IMG/VR virus record: IMGVR_UViG_3300029183_000045 | Span: 1 to 24,935 of that record | Length of the DNA stretch: 24,935 bases | Strand: one strand, 5' to 3' | From: a virus | Taxonomy: Duplodnaviria > Caudoviricetes | Shown: positions 8,090 to 16,536 of the stretch, one piece after another | Layout of the letters: the number at the start of each line of letters is the position of its first letter | How positions within the stretch are numbered: position 1 is the first letter of the stretch | Program-made: the position numbers and the translations under genes | Notes under the pieces: generated by a model | What the model saw: the letters and a program-made list of their open reading frames with translations, nothing else | Database searches by the model: none | What the model was told of the DNA's origin: nothing

Positions 8090-9409
8090 TTAGGTGCCAC
8101 ACTTCAGACGCACGAACGCTTCTTCTAGCGTTGGCATCCCGTCAGTTTTCAAGTGAGCGAGGAAGCCCACCTGGTTGTTTTCCGCGTACAACTCAACCAG
8201 CCGCTTCATGGTCATGTCGAGTGCATCGGCAATCTCGTAGTAGCGCCAGTTGCAGAGCATGGCGACGTAGTTGCCGTTGGTGAACGTGTTGGGAGAACGT
8301 TCGGATTCATCAACGGGGAAACCCAAAAGCATGTCTTCAGGGTTCCCGCCATCCTGCATCCTTCCGGCACCGACTCGGAACAACGGCTGGTTGTCGCTGT
8401 CTTTCAACTTGGCAACCTTGCTGATTCCATCGCGGTGCATCATCCAGCGAACCCCGCCACCGTTGCGGTATTGACTTTTCAACGTGTACTTCGCGTTGAT
8501 CAGTCCGTCGAAAGTGAAGTTCGTGGTGGAACCGGTGACCACATCGCGACTGGTGGAGATGCCGTCGTTATCGGCGGTAAAGACCCCCAACGGACGAAGG
8601 TTACCGTTACCCGTCAGGTAGGCATCCTCCAGCAACTCGCCAGCGTCTCGGCCCATTTCGTACTGGACTTCCGACTCGATGTCGGCCGATCGGCGGAGCA
8701 AATCTTCCGATACCTTCACCAGACCGTGGGCATAGTGAGGATGCAGAACCTTTTTGCCGTACTTCAATGCCGAATCAGCGGTAGGCGCTTCTAGCTCCTG
8801 CCCCCACCCCCAAGTGGAAAGGCGAGCGGTTCGCTTGCGAATTCCCAATGATCCCGCTTCGCGAACGGTGTGAATTCGGGCATAGCGTCGAATGAACAGC
8901 AGGTCGTCCACTTCCTTCAGGATCCCGGCGGCGAACTGTTCAGAAGCCAGAAGATAACCGGCTCGCTCGGAATTGTCCGATTGAATCGCGGTCATCGACC
9001 GATCGCCTGTGGTGATGTAGTTCATCCAGGCATCGTGGTAAGCCTGACACGAACGATTGCCACCGGTGATCTCGGTATAACGTGGTGAACCGTCGTTGTT
9101 GAATCCGTTGCGAACCTGAAGCTTTTGGGGCTGGTTTGCGGTGACGGGGTCGTTGGTTTCAACTTCCCTTCTCAGATCGTCCTGGGTTTGCAGGGCGTTT
9201 TCCATCGACCGATCAAGGGCTTCCAGCGATTCCTTACGCTTGGCAGCCGCCAGGTGGTCCGAAGAATCGGACAACATCTGGTCGAATTGTTCCTGGTAAT
9301 CGGCAGCAAGGAGGCCGTTTTCGTCTTCGTGCTCAGCGGCCAGCTCTTGCGCCTTGGTGATCAATCGGGCTCGCTCTTCACGATGCCACTTGGCGGTTTT
9401 TGTTGCCAT
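8090..9409 (-). CDS. Major capsid protein, HK97 fold, with N-terminal delta (scaffold) domain (439 aa)
   Basis: Coiled-coil N-terminus; AGYLL, KVSEDLL, YLTGNGNLRPLGV, LKDSDNQPL, LLGFPV, ELYAENNQVGF motifs. Confidence 0.95.
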   Translation of the reverse strand: MATKTAKWHREERARLITKAQELAAEHEDENGLLAADYQEQFDQMLSDSSDHLAAAKRKESLEALDRSMENALQTQDDLRREVETNDPVTANQPQKLQVRNGFNNDGSPRYTEITGGNRSCQAYHDAWMNYITTGDRSMTAIQSDNSERAGYLLASEQFAAGILKEVDDLLFIRRYARIHTVREAGSLGIRKRTARLSTWGWGQELEAPTADSALKYGKKVLHPHYAHGLVKVSEDLLRRSADIESEVQYEMGRDAGELLEDAYLTGNGNLRPLGVFTADNDGISTSRDVVTGSTTNFTFDGLINAKYTLKSQYRNGGGVRWMMHRDGISKVAKLKDSDNQPLFRVGAGRMQDGGNPEDMLLGFPVDESERSPNTFTNGNYVAMLCNWRYYEIADALDMTMKRLVELYAENNQVGFLAHLKTDGMPTLEEAFVRLKCGT

Positions 9410-9450
9410 TTTGCTCTCCGTAGCTTTTTTAGGCTGCCGGAAAAGGCAAC

Positions 9451-9513
9451 AAAAAAAGGCAGCACCTACCGACAGCGTGTAGACACATACACTCTGTTGG
9501 TAAGCACTGCCTT
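9451..9513 (-). terminator. Long intrinsic terminator-like hairpin upstream of the capsid gene
   Basis: 26-position stem (9456-9481 / 9488-9513) with three G-U pairs valid on the minus strand and two mismatches, 6-nt loop, U7 tract. Confidence 0.75.
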
Positions 9514-9594
9514 GATTTGACTAAGCAGTCTTATCCTCTGAATCTTCCGTCAATCAGCTTGGTTCATGCCGGAAAATTAGCGTTTGGGTTGTTG

Positions 9595-9612
9595 GGTGAA
9601 CATTTGTTCACC
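9595..9612. promoter_or_regulatory. Palindromic operator candidate GGTGAACA-TT-TGTTCACC
   Basis: Perfect 8-bp inverted repeat at the predicted +1 of the promoter. Confidence 0.5.
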
Positions 9613-9618
9613 GATCGA

Positions 9619-9646
9619 AATATAACGAATCTGAGATTGGTGTCAA
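9619..9646 (-). promoter_or_regulatory. sigma70-like promoter TTGACA-N16-TATATT
   Basis: Perfect -35 (9641-9646) and 5/6 -10 (9619-9624) in the only large intergenic gap of the head module. Confidence 0.7.
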
Positions 9647-9789
9647 GGAAAAACTAGGCATCCCATCACTGCCGAAATACCTTGATCAAGGTCAATCAAG
9701 GGTAGGTCTCGGCGGTTAAACCATTGCGAGTAGCCGGTCGTAACCAAATGTAAGTTAATGTCACTTTTTGTCACTTGTTTGAGAAAAAA

Positions 9790-10311
9790 CTATTCCCAAG
9801 TGACATTCTTATCAGGTGTAACAGATTCGTCAGCATTCAATTCGTTGTAATCAGTGACCGTCAGGCTGATTCGGTCACCTTTCATGAAATACCAGCGGCC
9901 GGCACAATTTTTTTTTGCAATGCAGGTTCGATAGATCGATGAGCCTTCGTTGCCCTGCCCGGGACCGCCACCGTTTTCACCGCCGCCACCCTCATCGGCG
10001 TTTTCGCTCAGGTAATCAACGGTGACCGAGACCAGCGTGATACTGTCGGTGATGATTGAAACTTCACCTCCAGCCAGTTCCGCAGCCGTCTTTTCGACTT
10101 CGTAAAGTACTCCGGCGTCAACTTCCGTGTCGGTCGTGGTCGCATCGGTTCCATCTGTGCTGATATGAATTTTGCCGCCATTGGGACGCACCCGAATTCC
10201 CTTGACCGGCGGATCCACAACGGGCGGGATCAACTGCTTGGCAACCAATAATTGTGGGCGCAACAAAGTGACGGTGGAACGAATCGTCCATAAAAGCAAA
10301 TCAAACAACAT
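9790..10311 (-). CDS. Hypothetical protein between protease and capsid (~173 aa)
   Basis: ATG 10311 just after the protease stop with a GAGG RBS; beta-rich domain, Gly-rich linker, small C-terminal domain. Confidence 0.65.
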   Translation of the reverse strand: MLFDLLLWTIRSTVTLLRPQLLVAKQLIPPVVDPPVKGIRVRPNGGKIHISTDGTDATTTDTEVDAGVLYEVEKTAAELAGGEVSIITDSITLVSVTVDYLSENADEGGGGENGGGPGQGNEGSSIYRTCIAKKNCAGRWYFMKGDRISLTVTDYNELNADESVTPDKNVTWE

Positions 10312-10315
10312 TCGA

Positions 10316-11224
10316 TCACCCCTCTGCTTTTGCCAAGGCCAATCGATTTCGCACCGACTTTGCCGCTCGATTCTGGCTTTGAGCCTGCGAAATAATCTCA
10401 TCCATGACATCATCAAAAGGTGCAATTTCTTTAACCAAACCAACGGATTTCGCCTCGTCTGCCTGGAGCATTCCGCCACCACCATAGTTACCCTTGGCAT
10501 ACTCGATCGAAACGCCCATGTTTCGAGCCATCCGTGACGCGAATTGCTCGTAAGTCTTTTCAACCAGTTCCAGTGTTGTTTTTGCCGCATCTTCCGACAG
10601 TGGGCCGTAAGGGTGTCCCTCGATCTTTCGTTCAGGAACAGCAATCAAGGTTCGCTTGATGCCAACCTTTTCATCCTGAGCACTGGTATCGGCGTGCATC
10701 TGGACCACGCCCATGCTCCCTAGCTCACCGCCGGTTGTCACGTAAACCTCGTCAGCCGAGGTTCCGATTTCAAGCGCCGCGCTGGCCATTTGAGAATCAG
10801 CAACCGCAACGATCTTTTTACCCTGACCGCGACTGTTGTAGATCAGGTCCGATAGCTCATGTGTTCCCCAAACTTGCCCGCCGGGACTGTTGACATGCAG
10901 GACGATCGTGCCAACATCAGGATTGCCCATCATCGCCTTGAATGCTCGCCCGAATTCTGCCGTAGAGGTTCCGCCGCTCATCTTCTGCATCAATCCGGCG
11001 TGTTGAAACAACGTGCCCCATAATGGCATGACTGCAACCTGTGAAGGGGTTTTAACTTCTGGATGAGCGTGAACCGCCGCCAGTCTTTCGGCTTCCCCTT
11101 CATTCATCGTCGCTCCGCCGGTCAGCCTGGTTTCGATCAACCCACAGATGGTTTCGAATTTGTCAGGAGTGATCAGCCAGGGCTTGTTGAGAATCTCGCC
11201 CATGATTCGTGGATAGTTTTTCAT
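10316..11224 (-). CDS. S49 (SppA/ClpP-like) prohead protease (302 aa)
   Basis: LHVNSPGG, MASAA and GSMGV motifs; follows the portal. Confidence 0.92.
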   Translation of the reverse strand: MKNYPRIMGEILNKPWLITPDKFETICGLIETRLTGGATMNEGEAERLAAVHAHPEVKTPSQVAVMPLWGTLFQHAGLMQKMSGGTSTAEFGRAFKAMMGNPDVGTIVLHVNSPGGQVWGTHELSDLIYNSRGQGKKIVAVADSQMASAALEIGTSADEVYVTTGGELGSMGVVQMHADTSAQDEKVGIKRTLIAVPERKIEGHPYGPLSEDAAKTTLELVEKTYEQFASRMARNMGVSIEYAKGNYGGGGMLQADEAKSVGLVKEIAPFDDVMDEIISQAQSQNRAAKSVRNRLALAKAEG

Positions 11225-12834
11225 TTGGATACCTCCATGTATTCCTTGGGTAGTTGAAGTTCAGCAACACTGGTGTATTCCGACACGGACTGCACCAATT
11301 GATCGTTGGTCACGTTTTCAATAATCGTGTTGAGCTCTCTTTTGAATTCAACAACCATTGGTTGCGAGTTGCCGTGGATCAGTTCGGAACCCTGTTTTTC
11401 TTCCAGCTCATCAAGCCAGTGAATGAATTCTCCGGCAGTTTTGGTTTTCTTGTTGGCTTGTCGGCAAAGGCGGGTCATCACGCTTTGCAGACATTCCAGC
11501 ATCAGTCTGGCTTCCATGCTTTCCTCTGGTTCCGGTGGAATGGGCGGAGCCAAGGGTTCGATTACTTCGACGTCATCATCGTGCTGGATGTTTGCCGGTC
11601 GTAAAAATTCCTGCTCATCCCGGCTGGGCGGATATCCGATTCGTTCTCGCCCTTCGTCACGATCCGTCAAACCACCGTGAAAGGCCCGCACCGCACCCTC
11701 GACTCGATCACGATACGGCACCCACTCAAGCCGCGAATCGTCGTAATCAATGATATGCGTCTCGTTTTGCTTTTGCCGTTCCGTCAGCAACTTTTCGCTG
11801 AACTCATTGCGGATCTTGTTGATCCACGGGCACAGGTCGTCATCCTTGTGTTCCTGGTTGGACTGCTCCAGAGAATTGTATGACTGTTCCTTTCGATCGC
11901 CCAACTTGGAAGCCTGAATGCCGATGATGTTGGCGATGTCCTGACGGTTAAACTCGGCCAACTCCAAAAACTGGGCGTCCTTGTTCGGCATCGTGGTGGG
12001 AATGAATTTGGTAACCTCTTCCAATGCGATAATCTTGAACGCAGAACCCAGCCCGCTGGTTGCCTCGCGCATCGACTGCTTGAAATTCTTGGCCGCTTCT
12101 TCGTCCAGTCCATGCGGCATGGTCACGAACCCGGCAATGTTGGCCCCTTGACCAAACAAACGTGCCCCGTGTTCGCGTCTTGCCAATTCGCTGCCGAACG
12201 TTTCGCGCACGATTCGACCAACGGACAACCCCCAGATTCCATTGGTTGTCAAGCCTTTGATGTGCAGGACGTTCTCAGGCAGGAAGCTCCGCCACGCTCC
12301 ACCGATCCGAGAACCGTACATCAACTGACCACGGCTGGTGTCAATATTGGTGTTGATTTCTCCGCCGGGCATCCTTCGAAACGGATAGGTGCGATCCGGC
12401 AACAGCGGAATCAACGAAACCGGTCGAGCCGATTCGTCGCGTTCAATCGCCGCCACGCCATTGCCCCACAGAATCGCAAAGTGGACCAGCACCGACATAA
12501 AATCATCAATGGACATTTCATCGTTCGGTTTTCCAAACGGGCTGGAAATCAAACGGCGGGCAAAGTGCCTGCGGTCAACGTTCCGCCCTGTGGTGGAAGT
12601 TCGGTAAACGTCCAGGTCTAGTTTTCCCAGTCCGTTCGAGATGATGTTGACACCGCGAAGAACTGAAGGAAGCCCGAGCACCTTTTCGTCGGTGACCGCG
12701 ACTCCAGCAACCGAGTTTTTTCGATCGGTAAACCATTCGGCAATGGCGGGATCGCGAGGATGAGCTGCGTCCCATGTTCGAGCCGGTGTCGAAGCAAAAC
12801 GGGGCAACCCGCTTCTGATCAAGTTTGCAATCAC
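11221..12834 (-). CDS. Portal protein, HK97 family (537 aa)
   Basis: LWGNG, LIPLLPDR, ENVLHIKG, DAQFLE, SYNSLEQ motifs. Confidence 0.95.
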   Translation of the reverse strand: MIANLIRSGLPRFASTPARTWDAAHPRDPAIAEWFTDRKNSVAGVAVTDEKVLGLPSVLRGVNIISNGLGKLDLDVYRTSTTGRNVDRRHFARRLISSPFGKPNDEMSIDDFMSVLVHFAILWGNGVAAIERDESARPVSLIPLLPDRTYPFRRMPGGEINTNIDTSRGQLMYGSRIGGAWRSFLPENVLHIKGLTTNGIWGLSVGRIVRETFGSELARREHGARLFGQGANIAGFVTMPHGLDEEAAKNFKQSMREATSGLGSAFKIIALEEVTKFIPTTMPNKDAQFLELAEFNRQDIANIIGIQASKLGDRKEQSYNSLEQSNQEHKDDDLCPWINKIRNEFSEKLLTERQKQNETHIIDYDDSRLEWVPYRDRVEGAVRAFHGGLTDRDEGRERIGYPPSRDEQEFLRPANIQHDDDVEVIEPLAPPIPPEPEESMEARLMLECLQSVMTRLCRQANKKTKTAGEFIHWLDELEEKQGSELIHGNSQPMVVEFKRELNTIIENVTNDQLVQSVSEYTSVAELQLPKEYMEVSK

Positions 12835-12980
12835 TCTTCAGCTTCCTTGTTCTTATTGATTCCGAATCCAATGGTGACCAGCAATGCACCAGTCAACAGA
12901 AACGCAATCGATGGATGAATGAGCCATCCCCCAATGGCCAACAAAAGAAAACCACCGATCAAACATCCGTTTTCGATCAT
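12831..12980 (-). CDS. Small two-TM membrane protein between terL and portal (49 aa; absent from ORF track)
   Basis: Hand-translated MIENGCLIGGFLLLAIGGWLIHPSIAFLLTGALLVTIGFGINKNKEAEE; ATGA and GTGA overlaps at both ends; usual slot in HK97-like phages. Confidence 0.8.
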   Translation of the reverse strand: MIENGCLIGGFLLLAIGGWLIHPSIAFLLTGALLVTIGFGINKNKEAEE

Positions 12981-14725
12981 ACGGCAATCACTCCCCTGTC
13001 AGCGTAAACGCTTCGCTTATCCTTGATGTGTGCGACTCCCCAGTGAGACATGACCGATGTAACCATGCCATCAATTTTTCGGTAGTCGTCACGCTTTGGT
13101 TTTGCCAGGATCCGCTTGCCAACCGCATTTTCTTTAGTTGTTGTATGTCCAGCCTGCCAGTCAAGGCAACGATTGGGCTCGTGAAGAACCCGGCACTCCA
13201 GCACATCCGCTTCAAAGTCGTCAATCGGGTGTTCCATCATCGTTGCCGATTGGGGGAACTCGATTAAATCAATTTTGGGATAGTCCGATTCCAACCAGTT
13301 CGCAATCACATCGGCAAACGTCTGGTCGAATACCACGCAACTGGTATTCTCAACGTAGCCTTTCATTTTCTCCATGATCCAGCTTTGCTGGATGGTATCC
13401 CCGGGAATGATGATTAAATCACCATCTGCCTCCCAGTCAAAAAACGCTGCTTTGTTAGTGTTCTTCGTGGCATAGTCTTCAGTGATCCACAGATGAGTTC
13501 GCTGAATGATTTGCTCGCCATGCTTTTGTGAAACGGTAATTGCGGACATGTCGCGAGTTTTCGACAAGTCCATGCCGATCGAGAACGGACCATCAAACTC
13601 CAACCCGGATTCCTCGCACCGTCGCCACTTGTCCATTCGCAACCATTGGCTGGCTGTATGCTGCCAGATGTTGAGCCGGTACATTTTGAAGTCGGCCATC
13701 CCGGCAATGGTCGATTTGCTTTCGCTGAAGTCGGCCAGGTACTCTTCTTCGTGCGTGGTGTGATTCCATGCGGGGTTTGCCATCTTCCCGAACTTGACCG
13801 GATCGCTTTCCAGCTCTTCATCAGTCAGATCCTGTGGCGATTCGTAAATGGCAGTGAACAACTGATCATTGGGCGTCGTTCCATCGGCTACCGTTCGGGC
13901 GTAGTCCTGCCGCTCTTTTCCGTATCCATCCGGGTTGTTTCCAGCGGTGGACACTTCGATACGCAACGGTTCTTCTCGCGAGATTCCGGCCCGGCTGATG
14001 ATGCGAATAAACGAACGGTCTACAACGTGCGTTTCATCAATGGCGATGTTTCCATTGATTCCTTCTTTCGTCCGTTGCGATCGTTCGTCTGCGGATGACA
14101 AGGGCTTGTAAACGGACCTGGTCGGCAGGTGGGTGATCGAATATTCATTTTTGTTGATCTTGCAATCGTCGCTCAGTTTTTTGGATTGTTCGACCATCGC
14201 CACCGCATGAGCCATCGCGATTTTGGCCTGGTTTCCGTCCTTGGCACCGCCAAACGTTTTCGCCCCTTCTTCGCCGTCACCACAAGTCAAATACAATGAC
14301 CATGCTGCAAGAGTAGGACTTTTCTTATTTTTTTTTGGAACCCAAATCGAAGCCTGGTTAAACCGGCGGATGTCCCGTTCCCATCGTTCAGAATGTCGCA
14401 TCCACCCAAACAGACGCATGGTGCATTCATACTGCCAATCGGGTTGGCCTTTGCCGCTGGCGATCCATTCGGCGTACTTGTTGGCACGTTCAACCGATAG
14501 CTCACGTCCGCCGTCATCCCAATCTTGTGTGATTATCTGGTCAACATCAGGGTTGCCGCTACGCAGGAGCATCCTTTCTCCCGCGTGTCGGCCCTCGTAC
14601 AGCCGGCAGAGGTTTTCAATCCACCAGACAACCCATGCACCCTCTTCAGGGACAAAGTAACATCCGTTACCGACCGCCAGTTCATCTGATTTGTTCCGCA
14701 TCCATGCGGAGGTGATGGCGTCCAT
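12977..14725 (-). CDS. terL: Terminase large subunit (582 aa)
   Basis: Walker A-like PKKNKKS, Walker B IAIDETH, STAG coupling motif, nuclease GMDLSKTRD and KIDGMV. Confidence 0.95.
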   Translation of the reverse strand: MDAITSAWMRNKSDELAVGNGCYFVPEEGAWVVWWIENLCRLYEGRHAGERMLLRSGNPDVDQIITQDWDDGGRELSVERANKYAEWIASGKGQPDWQYECTMRLFGWMRHSERWERDIRRFNQASIWVPKKNKKSPTLAAWSLYLTCGDGEEGAKTFGGAKDGNQAKIAMAHAVAMVEQSKKLSDDCKINKNEYSITHLPTRSVYKPLSSADERSQRTKEGINGNIAIDETHVVDRSFIRIISRAGISREEPLRIEVSTAGNNPDGYGKERQDYARTVADGTTPNDQLFTAIYESPQDLTDEELESDPVKFGKMANPAWNHTTHEEEYLADFSESKSTIAGMADFKMYRLNIWQHTASQWLRMDKWRRCEESGLEFDGPFSIGMDLSKTRDMSAITVSQKHGEQIIQRTHLWITEDYATKNTNKAAFFDWEADGDLIIIPGDTIQQSWIMEKMKGYVENTSCVVFDQTFADVIANWLESDYPKIDLIEFPQSATMMEHPIDDFEADVLECRVLHEPNRCLDWQAGHTTTKENAVGKRILAKPKRDDYRKIDGMVTSVMSHWGVAHIKDKRSVYADRGVIAV

Positions 14726-14734
14726 GCCTGCTGT

Positions 14735-15214
14735 CTACGCTTTTCGTTTCCTGGATGGTGTTTTTGATTTATTGGCACTTCGATTGACCTGCATTCCGTT
14801 ACGGTCGCTCGCTGTCATGCCGAAACATGCGTGAAATTGCTTGATGATCTTTTCACAATCCCGGCGGTTTCTGACCGCAGGGTGCATCACGACAACCTTC
14901 GTTTTTGCATTGGTAAAATACCTGCCTTGCTTCTTTTCAACTCGTAAACAAGCCGCCCGTTCATCCCACGCATCCGCGTAAACTTCCAACGCCTCCAGAT
15001 CGGGCAACGTCAGCAATCCCATTTCCAAAAGAATCTGGCCTGTTTTTTTCCATCGCTTTTTCCCTTCGGCTCCCAAATGCCGTGGAGGGGGTGGCAGCTT
15101 GTCCAGAACCTCTCCTTTCGGTTCAAGGTCTGGATCTCCGTGCTTGTCTTTTCGATGGGTTCCGTCAAGTATCTTTAGCTTGGTCGGTGTCGGTGGTGGT
15201 CCTCGTTTTCCCAT
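14735..15214 (-). CDS. terS: Terminase small subunit, P27 family (~159 aa)
   Basis: MGKRGPPPTPTKLKILDG, PPPRHL, HPAV, FGMTASDR motifs; alternative GTG start at 15223. Confidence 0.92.
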   Translation of the reverse strand: MGKRGPPPTPTKLKILDGTHRKDKHGDPDLEPKGEVLDKLPPPPRHLGAEGKKRWKKTGQILLEMGLLTLPDLEALEVYADAWDERAACLRVEKKQGRYFTNAKTKVVVMHPAVRNRRDCEKIIKQFHACFGMTASDRNGMQVNRSANKSKTPSRKRKA

Positions 15215-15578
15215 TGGCTTCACTCAATTGCTGTTGGCGTTGCTCCCAGTCTTTTTTCCAGTCGTAGTTTCCTGATTCTTCTTTTGCTGTTTTTTTTCCG
15301 TGGCAGTCCCGGCACAAATTTTGATGGTTTGCCTTGTCCCAAAAAAGTTTATGGTTTGGAGTTGGTGGTCGTCGAATGTGGTCGATGTGGTTCGAATCAT
15401 GGGCCGTCAGCTTTCCCTTTCGTAAACAGTGAACGCACAATGGCCACTTCTGCTTGAAACGTTTCGTGTATCTGTTCCATCGCCGGGTGTATCCCTGTTG
15501 ATGCGTGTTAGTTTTGTTCGTCGTGCACCCACACTGTCCAACGATCCGACCGCAACGACATGGCTTAAGCCTGGGCAC
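15165..15578 (-). CDS. HNH endonuclease, terminase-associated (HK97 gp74-like, 137 aa)
   Basis: PLCVHC...IDHI...LFWDKANHQNLCRDCHGKKT; adjacent to terS. Confidence 0.92.
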   Translation of the reverse strand: MPRLKPCRCGRIVGQCGCTTNKTNTHQQGYTRRWNRYTKRFKQKWPLCVHCLRKGKLTAHDSNHIDHIRRPPTPNHKLFWDKANHQNLCRDCHGKKTAKEESGNYDWKKDWEQRQQQLSEANGKTRTTTDTDQAKDT

Positions 15579-15603
15579 GATGCTGCCTCCGATGCTGCCT
15601 CCG
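15578..15603. repeat. Tandem 12-bp duplication (CGATGCTGCCTC x2) containing the HNH RBS
   Basis: Minus strand reads GGAGGCAGCATC GGAGGCAGCATC GTG. Confidence 0.85.
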
Positions 15604-15616
15604 TTTGATTGATGGC

Positions 15617-16534
15617 CTAGACACCAGTGGCCTCCGGCAACGCCGTCACTTGATCGTAGGGACCGACGTTGAAAAGTCGCTTTTCATGCCGGGGCATCTT
15701 CTGGAATTCATTTACCGCAAAATCAATGGCCGCTTGCTGATCCTCGGGCGTCATGTTTTTCCACACTTCCGACTTGACGTTAGCCGTGACCGCGTGGTTT
15801 GGAATGGCTTGCGTCTTTGTGACGAATTCCTGAATGTCTTCTCTCGTTCGTGGCTTTCCTGTTCGAGGATCAATGAACGCCCACTCTGAATGAATCCAGC
15901 TTTCGTGATGGATGGCCGGCCATAATTCCATGTTCCAGTTGTCATGCTGTCTGGTTGAACCACCGTTGGCCATGTTCGCAATGACTGGAAACCGGCCTTT
16001 GATTCTCAACAAAAACTCTTTGAATCCTGCGTTGACTTCTCGGATTTTTTCGGGTTTCAATACATCGCCAACCTTTGACGTCGTTGTGCTTCCCTCGATA
16101 CGACAACTCATTTCCGAATGCAGTACCCGGCAACCATCCAGAGCGATTCCATGAACCCGATCGTTGCTCTGCCAGCCGTGAACAATTCCGACCGCTCGAT
16201 CGATCCACTTTTCGTTTGACCAATCGTAAAAATGGCGATCGCGATTTCCCGATTTGTTTTTCTTTACGATCGGCAACAACCAATCTCGGTTCATATGAGC
16301 GCAGAACCAGTTGGCTCCGAAATGGTTGTGGGTCGATGCGAAATGAATGTATACCGGAATGTTGTATTTCCGATAGAATTCGGCTACCGCGATACTTCCA
16401 ATCTGGGTATCGACCTGCCCACCATCAGCGAATTGTGGAAGCACCAGAAACCGTGGATTGATTTCGACGATCTTGTCGACATCATCCAAGGTGAAAAAAT
16501 TTCGTTTTCCTGTCCACAGGAACCGATTGATCAT
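15617..16534 (-). CDS. Putative glycoside-hydrolase-like TIM-barrel protein (~305 aa)
   Basis: ATG 16534 just after the upstream stop; YDWSNEKW...VHGIALDG...PVIANM pattern resembles GH-type barrels; family not certain. Confidence 0.45.
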   Translation of the reverse strand: MINRFLWTGKRNFFTLDDVDKIVEINPRFLVLPQFADGGQVDTQIGSIAVAEFYRKYNIPVYIHFASTHNHFGANWFCAHMNRDWLLPIVKKNKSGNRDRHFYDWSNEKWIDRAVGIVHGWQSNDRVHGIALDGCRVLHSEMSCRIEGSTTTSKVGDVLKPEKIREVNAGFKEFLLRIKGRFPVIANMANGGSTRQHDNWNMELWPAIHHESWIHSEWAFIDPRTGKPRTREDIQEFVTKTQAIPNHAVTANVKSEVWKNMTPEDQQAAIDFAVNEFQKMPRHEKRLFNVGPYDQVTALPEATGV

Positions 16535-16536
16535 AG

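Noticed and set aside
9526-9553. Possible internal promoter TTGACG...TAAGAC in the capsid leader
   Set aside because: Spacer is only 14-15 nt and the -10 is poor
10312-10644. N-terminal extension of ORF 9790..10644
   Set aside because: Overlaps the S49 protease in another frame; ATG 10311 with an RBS is the better start
2743-15578. Gene transfer agent interpretation
   Set aside because: HNH, P27 terS and a large accessory block fit a phage better; cannot be fully excluded without flanking sequence
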